IMG/VR virus record: IMGVR_UViG_3300035696_000004
Coordinates: 1 to 64,000 of that record
Reading direction: 5' to 3' (one strand)
Source: a virus
Taxonomy: Duplodnaviria; Caudoviricetes
DNA: 64,000 bases
Shown here: one piece after another, positions 1-10,500 of the stretch
How the letters are laid out: the number at the start of each line of letters is the position of its first letter
Position numbering within the stretch: position 1 is the stretch's first letter
Notes under the pieces: model-generated
Databases searched by the model: none
What the model was told of the DNA's origin: nothing
What the model saw: only the letters and a program-made list of their open reading frames with translations
Made by a program: the position numbers and the translations under genes

Positions 1-2842
1 AAACGGCGTAGGGATTCAAATCAATCGGGTGCTTTGACTTACCCGATCTGCCACCATGCATCCGTATCGCTTTCACGAGTTCAGAATACACGGCGCCTGC
101 CATCCGATCATAGCCACGAATCCGTTGATACCTAGAATCGCCTTCATCGGGATGGTGATCCACTAGGAGCATCCGACACGCTCGCATGAGCAAAGCACGA
201 AACTCCACCGGCTCTTTCATTTGGACAAGGAGTCGGCGAGTAATCGGGTCAATGAACATGGCGTAAAGCAGATCAATTTCCCTCAGAAACCGAACACCGA
301 TGCCAGCCGTCTCAAGAACATTCAGGTATACGCCCTTACGATCAAAGTCGTAGACACCAAAATCTCGAATAGCGCGATGGTATTCGTTGAACCCTGCCAA
401 CACCATCGTCGCCAGACGATCATCCCGAGAGAAGACAAGCGTCTCATCCGAGAACACCAGAGAGAACTCATGAGGTTGCAGATTCGCGCGCTCGCCACTA
501 GCAACACGCCGCGGTTCAACTTTCAGGAATGTCATCAGGTTTTCCAACCCAAGTTCATACCCGAGCAAGAGTCCTAACGGAATTGCTTTGCCGAGCACCT
601 TGACTTCAACGAATTCGGTCGGTGCCTTGGAAACAGCAATGTCTAGCATGTCTTCGATGGATGGGAGCTCTTGTAAGTCCCCATTGACACCTCTGTACAG
701 AGCACCATTCTTGTCCATGACGAGGACATCGCCCTTGCTAGATTTACCGACGCAGACCGATCCGTCTTTCTCGTAATGATCCAGCGTATCCGCATGGAAA
801 ATATCGAGACGCTTAGAGCGATCAAAGTTCCAATCAAATCCAGCTAGCGTGAACCCCCGGAAATTCATTGCAAGACCACTGTACAGACGTGGTGCGGGGA
901 AAAGATTGTCAAACACATTAGAAGGATGGAGGCTCGTCACGGTTTGATCCGTGTCATCCAGCCCCTTCAGCATGATAGCGTTAGCGAGCCACGCCACATA
1001 GTTGTTGACTTTCTTCTCACTGCGAGAAACAATGAGTTTTCCGTAATAACTGTTCAGAGCGACACGATCTGGACCGATCTTACGAATCGGGAGATCCCCA
1101 ATTTGACGACGCATCCGGTACTTGATACCACCAGACAAATAGGTGCCGTCCTCATCCACAGCGGGGAGCTTGAATCGTAACGTGGAGTTACTGCCTTCTA
1201 CAGGTGCCGCCTTGATAGTAAACGAATCAAAGGACCCGGTGATGGCATCGACACGTTCGACTTTATAGTCCGTGACACAAATGCCCATATTCTGGACATT
1301 CATCACCATCGCTGCGACATCTCTCGGCATTACATGTTTGACGTACTGTGCATCCAGCGATTGAAGCGTGGAATGCAACATGGATTTGTCAAGGATGGTG
1401 TCCTTGTCTTCCATGATCTGCGTCGGTGCAATGTTGAGGATGGTTTCAGGCGGTGCGATGAACTCCTTCATGGGAGTTTTCCCGTCAGGAGCCGTCATCG
1501 TCTTGTACGATTCAGCCAACTCCTGATAGCGACGATATTCTGCCGCAGAGAGAAGACCATCGTCCGCCAACTTATCGCAGAGTGCCTTCACGCCGTCGTG
1601 AAGTTCCAGAGGCGGGAGTTGGAAGTCTTCCGCTTTCTTAGCTGCTGCTTGACTTTCAGCGGCCTGACGCATCAGCGAGTCGAAGTATTCCATTTCACGT
1701 TCGAGGTGTTCTTCGTACGCAGGGTCGACTTTAATGTCACTACCCTTTTCAGTCGGAATATCCATTTGCTGATTGTTGGTTTCAGTGTCCGCTTCAATGA
1801 CGACCTTCTTGATCGTCACCGACGTCACGCCTTTCTCGACGTCCGTCTTCGGAACAGCAACATCAATCTTCACGATGTTGGGTTCGGTCTCATTGTTCTT
1901 TTGAACAATAGCGACGTTCCCTGGGGTTCCGGCTTCGCTCGGGTCTGTGTATTGCTCGTCCAGGTTCCCCAGTGTGACAGTGTGTTGCAGTGCCATCAGG
2001 TACCGCATGAAGCGCAGCTGGAGCTGCTTGGGTGGGAGACCTTCCTTATTGGCTTCAGGATTCTTCTGGAGTTCCTCGTCTGTCGCGATACGCCAGCTAT
2101 TGACGATACCGAGATTCATCACCGACCATCGTCCTGCAACGGTAAAGATCAAATTGACACGATCCAACCGCTTATCAGAAACATGGTTCAGAAGCGATTC
2201 CGAACGATCCTCACCCAGCCACTTCCAAACTTCCAGAAGGAACATCGCATCTTGAGAATTGAAGATCTTCAAGATGGTCTGGTTGAGCGCCAAACTAGCC
2301 CGACGAAAATCCGAGAGCGTCGGGACGCGATCAGGCAGCTTTACGGAAATGAATTGATGTCGATCCGTTTCTTCAGCCGCTTCACCGATGTTTTTCCAGA
2401 CGCTGCTCGCCACGTTCCACCAGCGATGGTATTCGCTAAAGATGGTTTTGTTGTAGCGATACATCCGGAGCAGATACGAGTAGTTGAAGACAAAGGGAAC
2501 CATGCTGTCCCTGAGTCCCTGCTCAATATCACGCACCTGACGATAACGGCGATTGATCTGATGATACTTCCGAATAGCCGGCAGGACCGGAATCGGCAAG
2601 ACCCTGGGGTTCCCTTTGCTGTCACCCAGTTTGGTGACGTGCATCATCATGATCGGACGTTTGATGTTTCGGAAAAGAAACTCATCCCGTGCAGGACCGG
2701 GATCGACTTTACTGGAGCCCGGGTAATGATAGATCGAGAACCGCGGGAGCTCTAGGAGTTTCAGATCAGGCAACAGAGGAGCCATTAAATGGCTCGACAG
2801 CCTGACACCGTAACGCCTGTAAAAAAGAGGGAACATTAACAT
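1..2842 (-). CDS. Virion RNA polymerase beta subunit, N-terminal part (phiKZ gp178-like); 3' end runs off the left edge
   Basis: Not in the ORF track; translated by hand on the minus strand. ATG at 2842 follows AGGAG. Starts MLMFPLFYRRYGVRLSSHLMAPLLPDLKLLELPRFSIYHY and later has GGIKYRMRRQIGDLPIRKIGPDRVALNSYYGK, as in gp178-type subunits. Lies directly downstream of beta'-N, as in phiKZ. Confidence 0.88.
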   Translation of the reverse strand, partial: MLMFPLFYRRYGVRLSSHLMAPLLPDLKLLELPRFSIYHYPGSSKVDPGPARDEFLFRNIKRPIMMMHVTKLGDSKGNPRVLPIPVLPAIRKYHQINRRYRQVRDIEQGLRDSMVPFVFNYSYLLRMYRYNKTIFSEYHRWWNVASSVWKNIGEAAEETDRHQFISVKLPDRVPTLSDFRRASLALNQTILKIFNSQDAMFLLEVWKWLGEDRSESLLNHVSDKRLDRVNLIFTVAGRWSVMNLGIVNSWRIATDEELQKNPEANKEGLPPKQLQLRFMRYLMALQHTVTLGNLDEQYTDPSEAGTPGNVAIVQKNNETEPNIVKIDVAVPKTDVEKGVTSVTIKKVVIEADTETNNQQMDIPTEKGSDIKVDPAYEEHLEREMEYFDSLMRQAAESQAAAKKAEDFQLPPLELHDGVKALCDKLADDGLLSAAEYRRYQELAESYKTMTAPDGKTPMKEFIAPPETILNIAPTQIMEDKDTILDKSMLHSTLQSLDAQYVKHVMPRDVAAMVMNVQNMGICVTDYKVERVDAITGSFDSFTIKAAPVEGSNSTLRFKLPAVDEDGTYLSGGIKYRMRRQIGDLPIRKIGPDRVALNSYYGKLIVSRSEKKVNNYVAWLANAIMLKGLDDTDQTVTSLHPSNVFDNLFPAPRLYSGLAMNFRGFTLAGFDWNFDRSKRLDIFHADTLDHYEKDGSVCVGKSSKGDVLVMDKNGALYRGVNGDLQELPSIEDMLDIAVSKAPTEFVEVKVLGKAIPLGLLLGYELGLENLMTFLKVEPRRVASGERANLQPHEFSLVFSDETLVFSRDDRLATMVLAGFNEYHRAIRDFGVYDFDRKGVYLNVLETAGIGVRFLREIDLLYAMFIDPITRRLLVQMKEPVEFRALLMRACRMLLVDHHPDEGDSRYQRIRGYDRMAGAVYSELVKAIRMHGGRSGKSKHPIDLNPYAV

Positions 2843-2848
2843 GAGGTG

Positions 2849-4468
2849 TTAATCTCCTGTCAGGTTGTAGAGCAATAGATCGACGGTATCGATCGATGTC
2901 GTTGAAAGAAAGCGACCATCCGTTCCGACATAGGCTCGTCGGAGACTCAGGAATTCTTCGACTTCTTCGATAGAGTCATCCGAGTACGTGCAGTTACAAC
3001 TTGCCGTATCACCGTCATGGTCAGCACCCAGACCTTTCAGTTTTGTCGGGTGAGGGATCAAGCTGTTGATGAACGGCCGACCCATGATCGGGAACTGGTA
3101 CGCGGTATGGTCTTTACCCAGCGCTTCCCAGTTATCACCCAGCTCAACACGTTTCTCGTAATCCACCGTCGTCCGAAGATACGTGCGACTCGGATAGATC
3201 GAACCGACCCCGGCTACCGGATAACGAGTAACGAAGAGGGGGTACTTGTTGGCACGCCGATAGAGCGACAGATAGAGCAACTCACACAACGTGATAGGAT
3301 GCACATCCGACTTCTCACGACCCGGAGGGACTTCATCGATATCTTGGATGAATTTGAACGTACCATCCGGACCTGCGTAGATCAAAGCCAAATAATGACC
3401 GTCCACTTCAATCGGACGATGCCTGAGGTTCTCATCCGAGAACGACGTGATGATCTTTTCGATCCCTTCATTCGTTGCCCAGCGATCAAAGTACTCAGCC
3501 TTCATCGGGACCTGTTCCGACTTCAGCGTTTTCTTGTTGACCAGCATTGCAGGGGCGTGAATATCCGGGAAACATTTCGAGAGATATTCATTCCGAATGT
3601 AGAAACGCGCCACAGGCAAGATCGCTTTCAGTCCCTGATAGAGACCGACTTGCGTGTTGTTGAAATCAACGCCGCCTTCTTCCCCGAGATAAGAAGGCGT
3701 GATATCCGTCGTCGTAATGACGTTCCGGGTACCATTGAAGATTTTGCGGGATGCCCACTTCCCTTGCATCATCTTCTTCTTGCCACGGATCATCGATTCA
3801 ATGAAAGCATAAAGCTCGTTGAATTTCTTCTGCAAATTGAATCGAGCCGTATCGAGAATCTCAGGGTTGATTCGGACAGCAGTTGTTGAGATCGTGTTTG
3901 AGATCCCGAGCAGGGATCGATAGATCTTGTTGATTTCGTCTTCGTTGACGCGGTCGTTCTTGATTTCGATATCCCGAAGACCGGCTGGCATGACCACAAT
4001 TTTGGAAGTGAAAGCATCCGCTTGATACTTCTTCAAGAGTCGGACACTTTGCTCTCTCGACGTGGATTTCGTGTTACCGTAATCGATGTCTTTCCAATGG
4101 TCAACAAAGAACCCGAAGCCCGTCTTCCCTTCCAAGGAGTTGGAGCGTTCAAAGTCATTGATTTCTTTGTTCCAGATCGCGTACTCTTGCCCGGCCATGA
4201 TGCCTGCATACAGGTGTTTCATGCTGGTCAGGACGTTATAGATGATCGGGTGAAAGATCGGGACCTTGATATCGATGTACGAGACCCGTTTGTTTCGATT
4301 CGGGTCCCCGGTGCGACCAAAGGTCAATGTCGAATACAAACCGTTCTCATGGAAGTTGCTCGTATTGCCATCGAAGATGTCGAGTGCCGTGACAGGGCGA
4401 ATGCCTTCCAGCAGTTTATCCGTGAGGACGAGAATTCTGATATTAAAAGGAATGTCGATGCGGGACAT
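2849..4468 (-). CDS. Virion RNA polymerase beta' subunit with catalytic loop (phiKZ gp180-like)
   Basis: 539 aa. N-terminal ENGLYSTLTFGRTG...SYIDIKVPIFHP, KGKWASRKIFNGTRNVIT, RYPV, and Mg-binding motif GADHDGD (DxDGD). Divergent from the tape-measure gene, as in phiKZ. Confidence 0.92.
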   Translation of the reverse strand: MSRIDIPFNIRILVLTDKLLEGIRPVTALDIFDGNTSNFHENGLYSTLTFGRTGDPNRNKRVSYIDIKVPIFHPIIYNVLTSMKHLYAGIMAGQEYAIWNKEINDFERSNSLEGKTGFGFFVDHWKDIDYGNTKSTSREQSVRLLKKYQADAFTSKIVVMPAGLRDIEIKNDRVNEDEINKIYRSLLGISNTISTTAVRINPEILDTARFNLQKKFNELYAFIESMIRGKKKMMQGKWASRKIFNGTRNVITTTDITPSYLGEEGGVDFNNTQVGLYQGLKAILPVARFYIRNEYLSKCFPDIHAPAMLVNKKTLKSEQVPMKAEYFDRWATNEGIEKIITSFSDENLRHRPIEVDGHYLALIYAGPDGTFKFIQDIDEVPPGREKSDVHPITLCELLYLSLYRRANKYPLFVTRYPVAGVGSIYPSRTYLRTTVDYEKRVELGDNWEALGKDHTAYQFPIMGRPFINSLIPHPTKLKGLGADHDGDTASCNCTYSDDSIEEVEEFLSLRRAYVGTDGRFLSTTSIDTVDLLLYNLTGD

Positions 4469-4538
4469 TGGGTTCGTCTCCAGTCAGGCCGGAATAGTGT
4501 GACAGTTTTTAAAGCTAATTCTATTCAGGGATATCACC

Positions 4539-7500
4539 ATGGCGCGCAAGAAGAAGTTAGATCTTGACGAGTTTGAAATCGATAAGAGTCTGGATTTTGA
4601 CATCCCTGACTTCGATATGAAACCCCCGAAGGATGACCGTAAGCCTGTTACAAAAGCCGCTTCCGGTTTCCTCAGCGGCGTCAAAGACACGGTCGTCTCT
4701 CCGTCCTTTATCAAGAACACTTTGCGGGTTGCACTGCCGAGAAATTATGGCGAAGTCTTCGATTTCGCGGAGACCTCGACACGTTCCCTTAAAGACCTAT
4801 ACAATACCAGCACGCGGGAATTGAGGCCCGCCCTCAATGAGCTGAAACGCGTCACAGGCCGTATGTTGCCAGAAGGGGAAACGAAGCTATCCCCGAAGAT
4901 GCAGAAGCGACTCAAGGAGTTCGCAGACTCGGCAGATAAGAGTTCTGGTTCGAGTGGTGATGCTCGCGAGATGGTTCTTCAGTCGACGATGACGGATGTC
5001 TTCCGTGCGACGGCTGAAATGCATGCAGATGCCGATGCTGACCGCGACGTCAAAGATCGCATCAAAGAGAACATTGAGTTTGGCCGTCACAAGGACAATA
5101 TCGAGCAACTCGATAGCATCCGTCAGAGCGTGACGCAACTAGCCAACTATCAAAAGGTCATTGGTTCGAGCTTCCAACGCAAATCCTTGGAAGTCCAATA
5201 TCGCCACTACTTCACGTCTATCGATATCTTGACGGAGTCGAAGAAGACGAGCGCAATTCTTGAACAGAACTTGGCCGAGATCCGGAAGAACACGGGTCTC
5301 CCTGATTTTGTCAAGAAGACCCCTTCGGAAAGCATGAAGGAGTTGTTGCGAAACAAGTTCGTAGACTCGGTTCATCAAGGTGTCTTTGGCAAACGCTCCA
5401 ATTTTGTCAGAGGCGTAACCGAGAAGCTCGCTGGGCGAGTCGTTGATAAAGTTCGTGACTTTGGTAACAACGTCATGACCGGGCTATCGGCAGCTGAACA
5501 GATTGCTGATGCTGCCAAGATGGCTAAAGAAATGGGGATGCCGTTTGACCCCCATGTCGAAGCAGGGAAGCTCGCTGGCGGTATTGCAGCCGACACCGTA
5601 GGCGGCAAAGTTGGTAAATGGCTAGCGCCCCACGTCGCCAAGATTCCCGGTGTCATCAAGTATGGGAACATGGGTGCTTATGGTGTCCGCAACCTTCCTC
5701 AGATGGCTCAGGAATGGGCCCAAGGATATGGTGGCGGCGAAGGGCTCCCAGTCATCGGTGGCACGATAGGCGCCGTCAAAGATACGGTTCGGTCTGAACT
5801 CTCGGTCAACAATTCCTTGGAAACGGACCATGTCAAGGACATGCTGGCTCCGACGCCTTATGCTCGACAAGATCACAAAGCGCTCGTCGAGGTCATCCCT
5901 GGTTATCTGGCGCGCTTGCTGCAAGAAGCCCAGATGGCGCGGACAGGGAACGACAAGATTCAGTTGACGTTGTACGACTACACGAAGAACCAATTCGGTT
6001 CCAAGACGGAGGTGTATAAAAACGCCTTCAGTAAAGTCGTGTCGACGTACGGGAAACAGGCGAACAAAGATCAACTCGAGAAGATGATCGATAGCATCAG
6101 CGGCTCTGACAAGTTAACGCCAGAACAACGCAAAGCGCTGGGTCAGCATCTGCTGTCGAGCAATCTGAAAGGGACCTTGGGCTCCAAAGCCAAACTGATG
6201 GACTCCTGGTCTTACACGGGTGCAGCATCTAAGCACGCTACGGTCTTTTCCGATATGTTTAAGAACCACTTCGGGGAAGATAAGAACTGGACAAAACGTC
6301 TCGCGTTCACAGATCAGTATAATGAGCTGGGTCGTCCGATTGATGACAGTCGACGCATCATTCAGGACTTCGCGAATGCAGGGATGCTGGACTTCCTGAA
6401 GGATGCCGGTTTGGTTGATCCTACCGGTACCCAGATCGACATGGAGAAGTTCTATTCCTACTTCAATGAAGAGGAGTACAACCCTGATTTTGGCAGCACA
6501 GCCGAATCTTCAGCCCCTGGCCTTGGTCGCAGGAAAGGTCGACAACCCAAGAAACGTCCGCGCGCTACGTTGCATAAGCGTGCCCAGCCTCGGTATGGTC
6601 ATGCTTCTCCGCAACCGCAGGAGTCCTTTGTATCGCATCAGCATTCGCAACCACAGGCTGCACCAACAACTGTCAAGTTCGACTCCAAAGAAATCGTAGA
6701 TACGATCAAGGGCGAGAGCACGAAATCGACCAGCGAAAAAATCCTCGACATGATGCTGATGATTCATCAGCAGATCGAGAATGGCGTGGGTGTCTACATG
6801 CTTGGGGAAGGACATGGTGGAGAGCACGAGGGATTCATTAGTCGTGCCAAAGGAAAGGCCGGTAAGTGGTATAATCAGTCAATCAAAGGTGCAGCGAGCC
6901 GCGCTGGTAGCTTTATGTGGTCGACGCTCGGGAAAGCCAGGAATGCCGGTAAGAACGCCGCAAATACGTTTTTCTCATTAGGTTCTACCGGTCTCGGTGT
7001 TGCAAAAAGTGCACTAGGGAAAGCGTACACCTATTCCAAGGAGAAACTCAAGAATTTCAATGAAGTGTACGTCAAAGGTGAACTGCTGCCACGGTTGACG
7101 AATGCCAAATTGAAAGCTGGGATGTATCGCGACGAATTGACAGGCAAAATTATCAAATCGTACAAAGACATCACGGGTCCTATTCGGGATCTTGAGACAG
7201 GCGAGATCGTCATCGACAAAGAGCATCTGAAAGACCTAGTCTTGAAGTCTGGGGCAGGACAGAAGGTGCTTGAGTTCGGAAAGTCGACGTTCTCCAAGAT
7301 TCGAGGCCTGTATGGTTCCGCTATGGGGTTTGGGCTGAACCAGATTCCCCGTATCATGAATGCTGGCAAGTGGGCGATGAAGAAAGCCTACAGTCTTCTC
7401 GATGGCCCAGCGGATGTATACGTCAGGACACAATCGGGTGCTCTCAGGAAAGCGCTGGCTAAGGAGACCATGGAAGCGGGTGGATATACCTCCGACATCA

Positions 7501-10500
7501 CTGGTAAACCCATCAAAAAGGTCAGCGACATTGATGGTGCGGTAACCCTCAAGATGCACGAGGTGGTACTGACCCAAGAGGAGTTCAATGACGGGATCTT
7601 CAATAAGGAGGGCAAACCACTTCGTCACGGCGTAAACAAAATCACCGGGAAGATCAAGGACGCCTTCAAGGGTTATAAAAACACCTTGTTTGGTGCTGCG
7701 TCTACGGTGAAGAACTTCTTCAAGGGCTGGATAGGTAAAGACGGGATTGTGTTCTCCGGTAGTAAGAAGATCACGGATATCCTGCTTGATATCTATAAAC
7801 TCCTTGATAAACGCATGCCTGGTGCCGCAGGTGACGGAAAGGATGAGAAAGGGTACCGGATCGGGAGTTACGCCGATCAGGAAAATGCCAAGAAGGAGAA
7901 GCTCAAGGAAGATGCTGAGAAAGGTGAAGCCGAATCCGGGAAGTCTGGTGGCAAGCTTGCTTCCTTGATGGCATCGATCAAAGGTCTAGGCGCTGGGATA
8001 GCCGGCCGCTTTGGTAAGAAAGATAAGGATGGCGACTCGGAAGAAGATCATCACGGGTTGCTGGACGATGCCAAAGAAGATGCCGAATACCAGGGTGTCA
8101 AGGGTATCGGCAAACGACTCCTAAAAGGGGGTAAAGGCGCTCTCAAGTTTGCTGGTAAACATTTGGGCCGAGCAGGGAAAGGTCTCTTGGGATTGGGTGG
8201 CAAACTCATTCCACGGATGGGTGGTGCGCTCGGAGCCGAGGCACTCATGACAGGTGGTGCAGCTGCCGCTGAAACCGCAGCAGCTGGGACGGCTGCCACC
8301 GCAGCAACGGCTGCGACAGGAGGAGGGTTCCTAGCCGGGCTGGGTGGTTTGGCGTCTGGTACAGCCGGTGTTCTTGGGAGTGTCGCCACAGGTGCGGCGG
8401 GTCTCGCTACGGGCGCAGCTTCTATCCTGTTCGGTGCGTTGGCTATTCCGGTACTTATTGGTGCGGCCGCCTATGGCGGTTACCGTTTGTACAAACATTA
8501 CAAAAACACCCATTTGGACATCCTTGAGAAAGTCCGCTTTGCTCAGTATGGTTTTTCTGACAAGGACTCCGATCACTTCGGAGCTCTCAAAGATACAGAA
8601 GACATCCTTCTGAAAGCTATTGTTGTCAAGAACGGTGTTCCCGATATCGATGGTAAGAAGGTCGACGGGAAAAAGATCATCGATGCGTTTGGTATCGATA
8701 GTCAAAACCAACCAGCTGTAGAAGCCTGGGCGCAGTGGTTTGTTCAGCGCTTCAAGCCGGTGTTCTTGACTTCTGTAGCAGCCTTGAACAAAGTGAAACC
8801 TTCGTTGTCCTTAGGTGATGCAGATGGAAAGTTGACCGCAGATGAGAAGAAGGCGTATCTTGATATTGCCAAATTCCCGTCAGGTCCTTATGGGGTCGAT
8901 ATCAATCCGTTTGATCTGAAAGCCAAACTCACGGTCGGGAAGAAAGAAGTTGAAGCCGCTGTCGCCGAAGCCTACGCTGCAATAGCGAAGGATAAGAAAG
9001 ATCTCGGCGATAAGATCAACAAAGGGGCAACGATGGCTACAGGCGTCGCTGCCACGACGGTTGGAACGGCTGCTGTACCGACATCTTCTCTTCCTCCTCC
9101 TAAAACGGTTGCGACCGCAGCAGGCGCGAAAACCTCGTTGGCACAGATTGATAATTCAGGGTTCCAGAATAACCGCGGGTTGATTTCTGTTGCTGCGAAT
9201 GCTGCACCTACTCTCCAAGCCTTTAATGGACGTGTAGACGGTTTGACAGCAGCGCGGTTTAAGACCTACGGTTTGAAAGAAATGGAAGCCGATAAGATTC
9301 GGGCTCTCGCTGCATTGGAGCAGGCCGTTTCTGCTGAAATGAAGTTGAATAGTTCCAAAGTCGCTGAATGGTCAGGTTCGGGTGACAAGATCTTCGCAAA
9401 GATGTCTAGCACGTTTGGCATCGATTCGAAATCTGACAACATGGCAGAAGACTGGAAAGCTTGGTTTACGAATCGCTTCCTCCCGACGTATCTCGTGTAC
9501 GCTACGACGATCATGGCGGGGACAAAGAAAGCGACCGTGGATTCTGCGGTCCAAGCGCTGAGACCCAAGATTGCTCTCGATACGGCTCTTGCGACAATCG
9601 GGGCAACCGCTACGCGTTCTGGTGGAAATGTTGCTGTCTGGACATTCTCTTCCAGTCCGTGGCCCGGGTATAAGCTCAACATGAGCATCAGCACGACAGA
9701 CCTCAACATTCAAGGTTTGAAAGATGATGCCAAGAACGAGACCTTGTCGGAGAAGAAAGCCAACGACCTGAAGGGGAATAAGGAAGGTGATGCCAAGAAC
9801 CCGACTGGCGGGTCTATTGGCGGGACCGGGGACAAAGATAACGGGAAACCGCAGAGCTTCTTTGACCAGGTCAAGAACATCATCTCCAATCCCATGGGCG
9901 CTATTAAGAGCGCAGGTAGCGCAATCAGTGGTGCCTGGGATGCAGCAAAATCCGCACTCGGGTTCGGTGGCGGTGGCGAGATCACTCAACCGGGTCATGG
10001 TACAGGCGGCGACATCAATGCGATTCCAAAGCCAAAGGGTGATGGTAGTTACGCAGCGATGAAGGAAATGCTGGACGCGGCAGCAAAAGCAGCGGGTGTC
10101 GATCCTAGATTGATGGGTATCGAGGCAGCGATTGAATCGGGTTTCAAAACCAACGCAAAGGCAGGGACGTCTTCAGCAGCGGGTCTGTTCCAATTTGTAT
10201 CCGGAACATGGCAAACGATGTTGAAACGGTATGGGGCGAAATACGGGATTAATCCGAATACGCCTCCGACCGATCCGAGAGCGGCTGCCTTGATGGGCGC
10301 TGAGTTCATCAAGGAAAACGTCAATGCGTTGAAAGGCACAGGTAAACAGATCAGTGACACAGATGTTTACTTGGCTCACTTCTTAGGGGCGGGTGGTGCA
10401 GTTAAGTTCCTAAAGAGTGACCCGAACGCCATTGCGGCACAAGGTATGCCAGATGCGGCTAGAGCGAATGCCAACATATTCTACGATCACGGTCGACCGA

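Noticed and set aside
1334-2755. 473-aa plus-strand ORF
   Set aside because: In-register antisense shadow of the minus-strand vRNAP beta gene; no motifs.
2779-2795. Perfect GAGCCAT-TAA-ATGGCTC hairpin
   Set aside because: Lies inside the 5' coding region of vRNAP beta (start 2842); short and has no terminator features.
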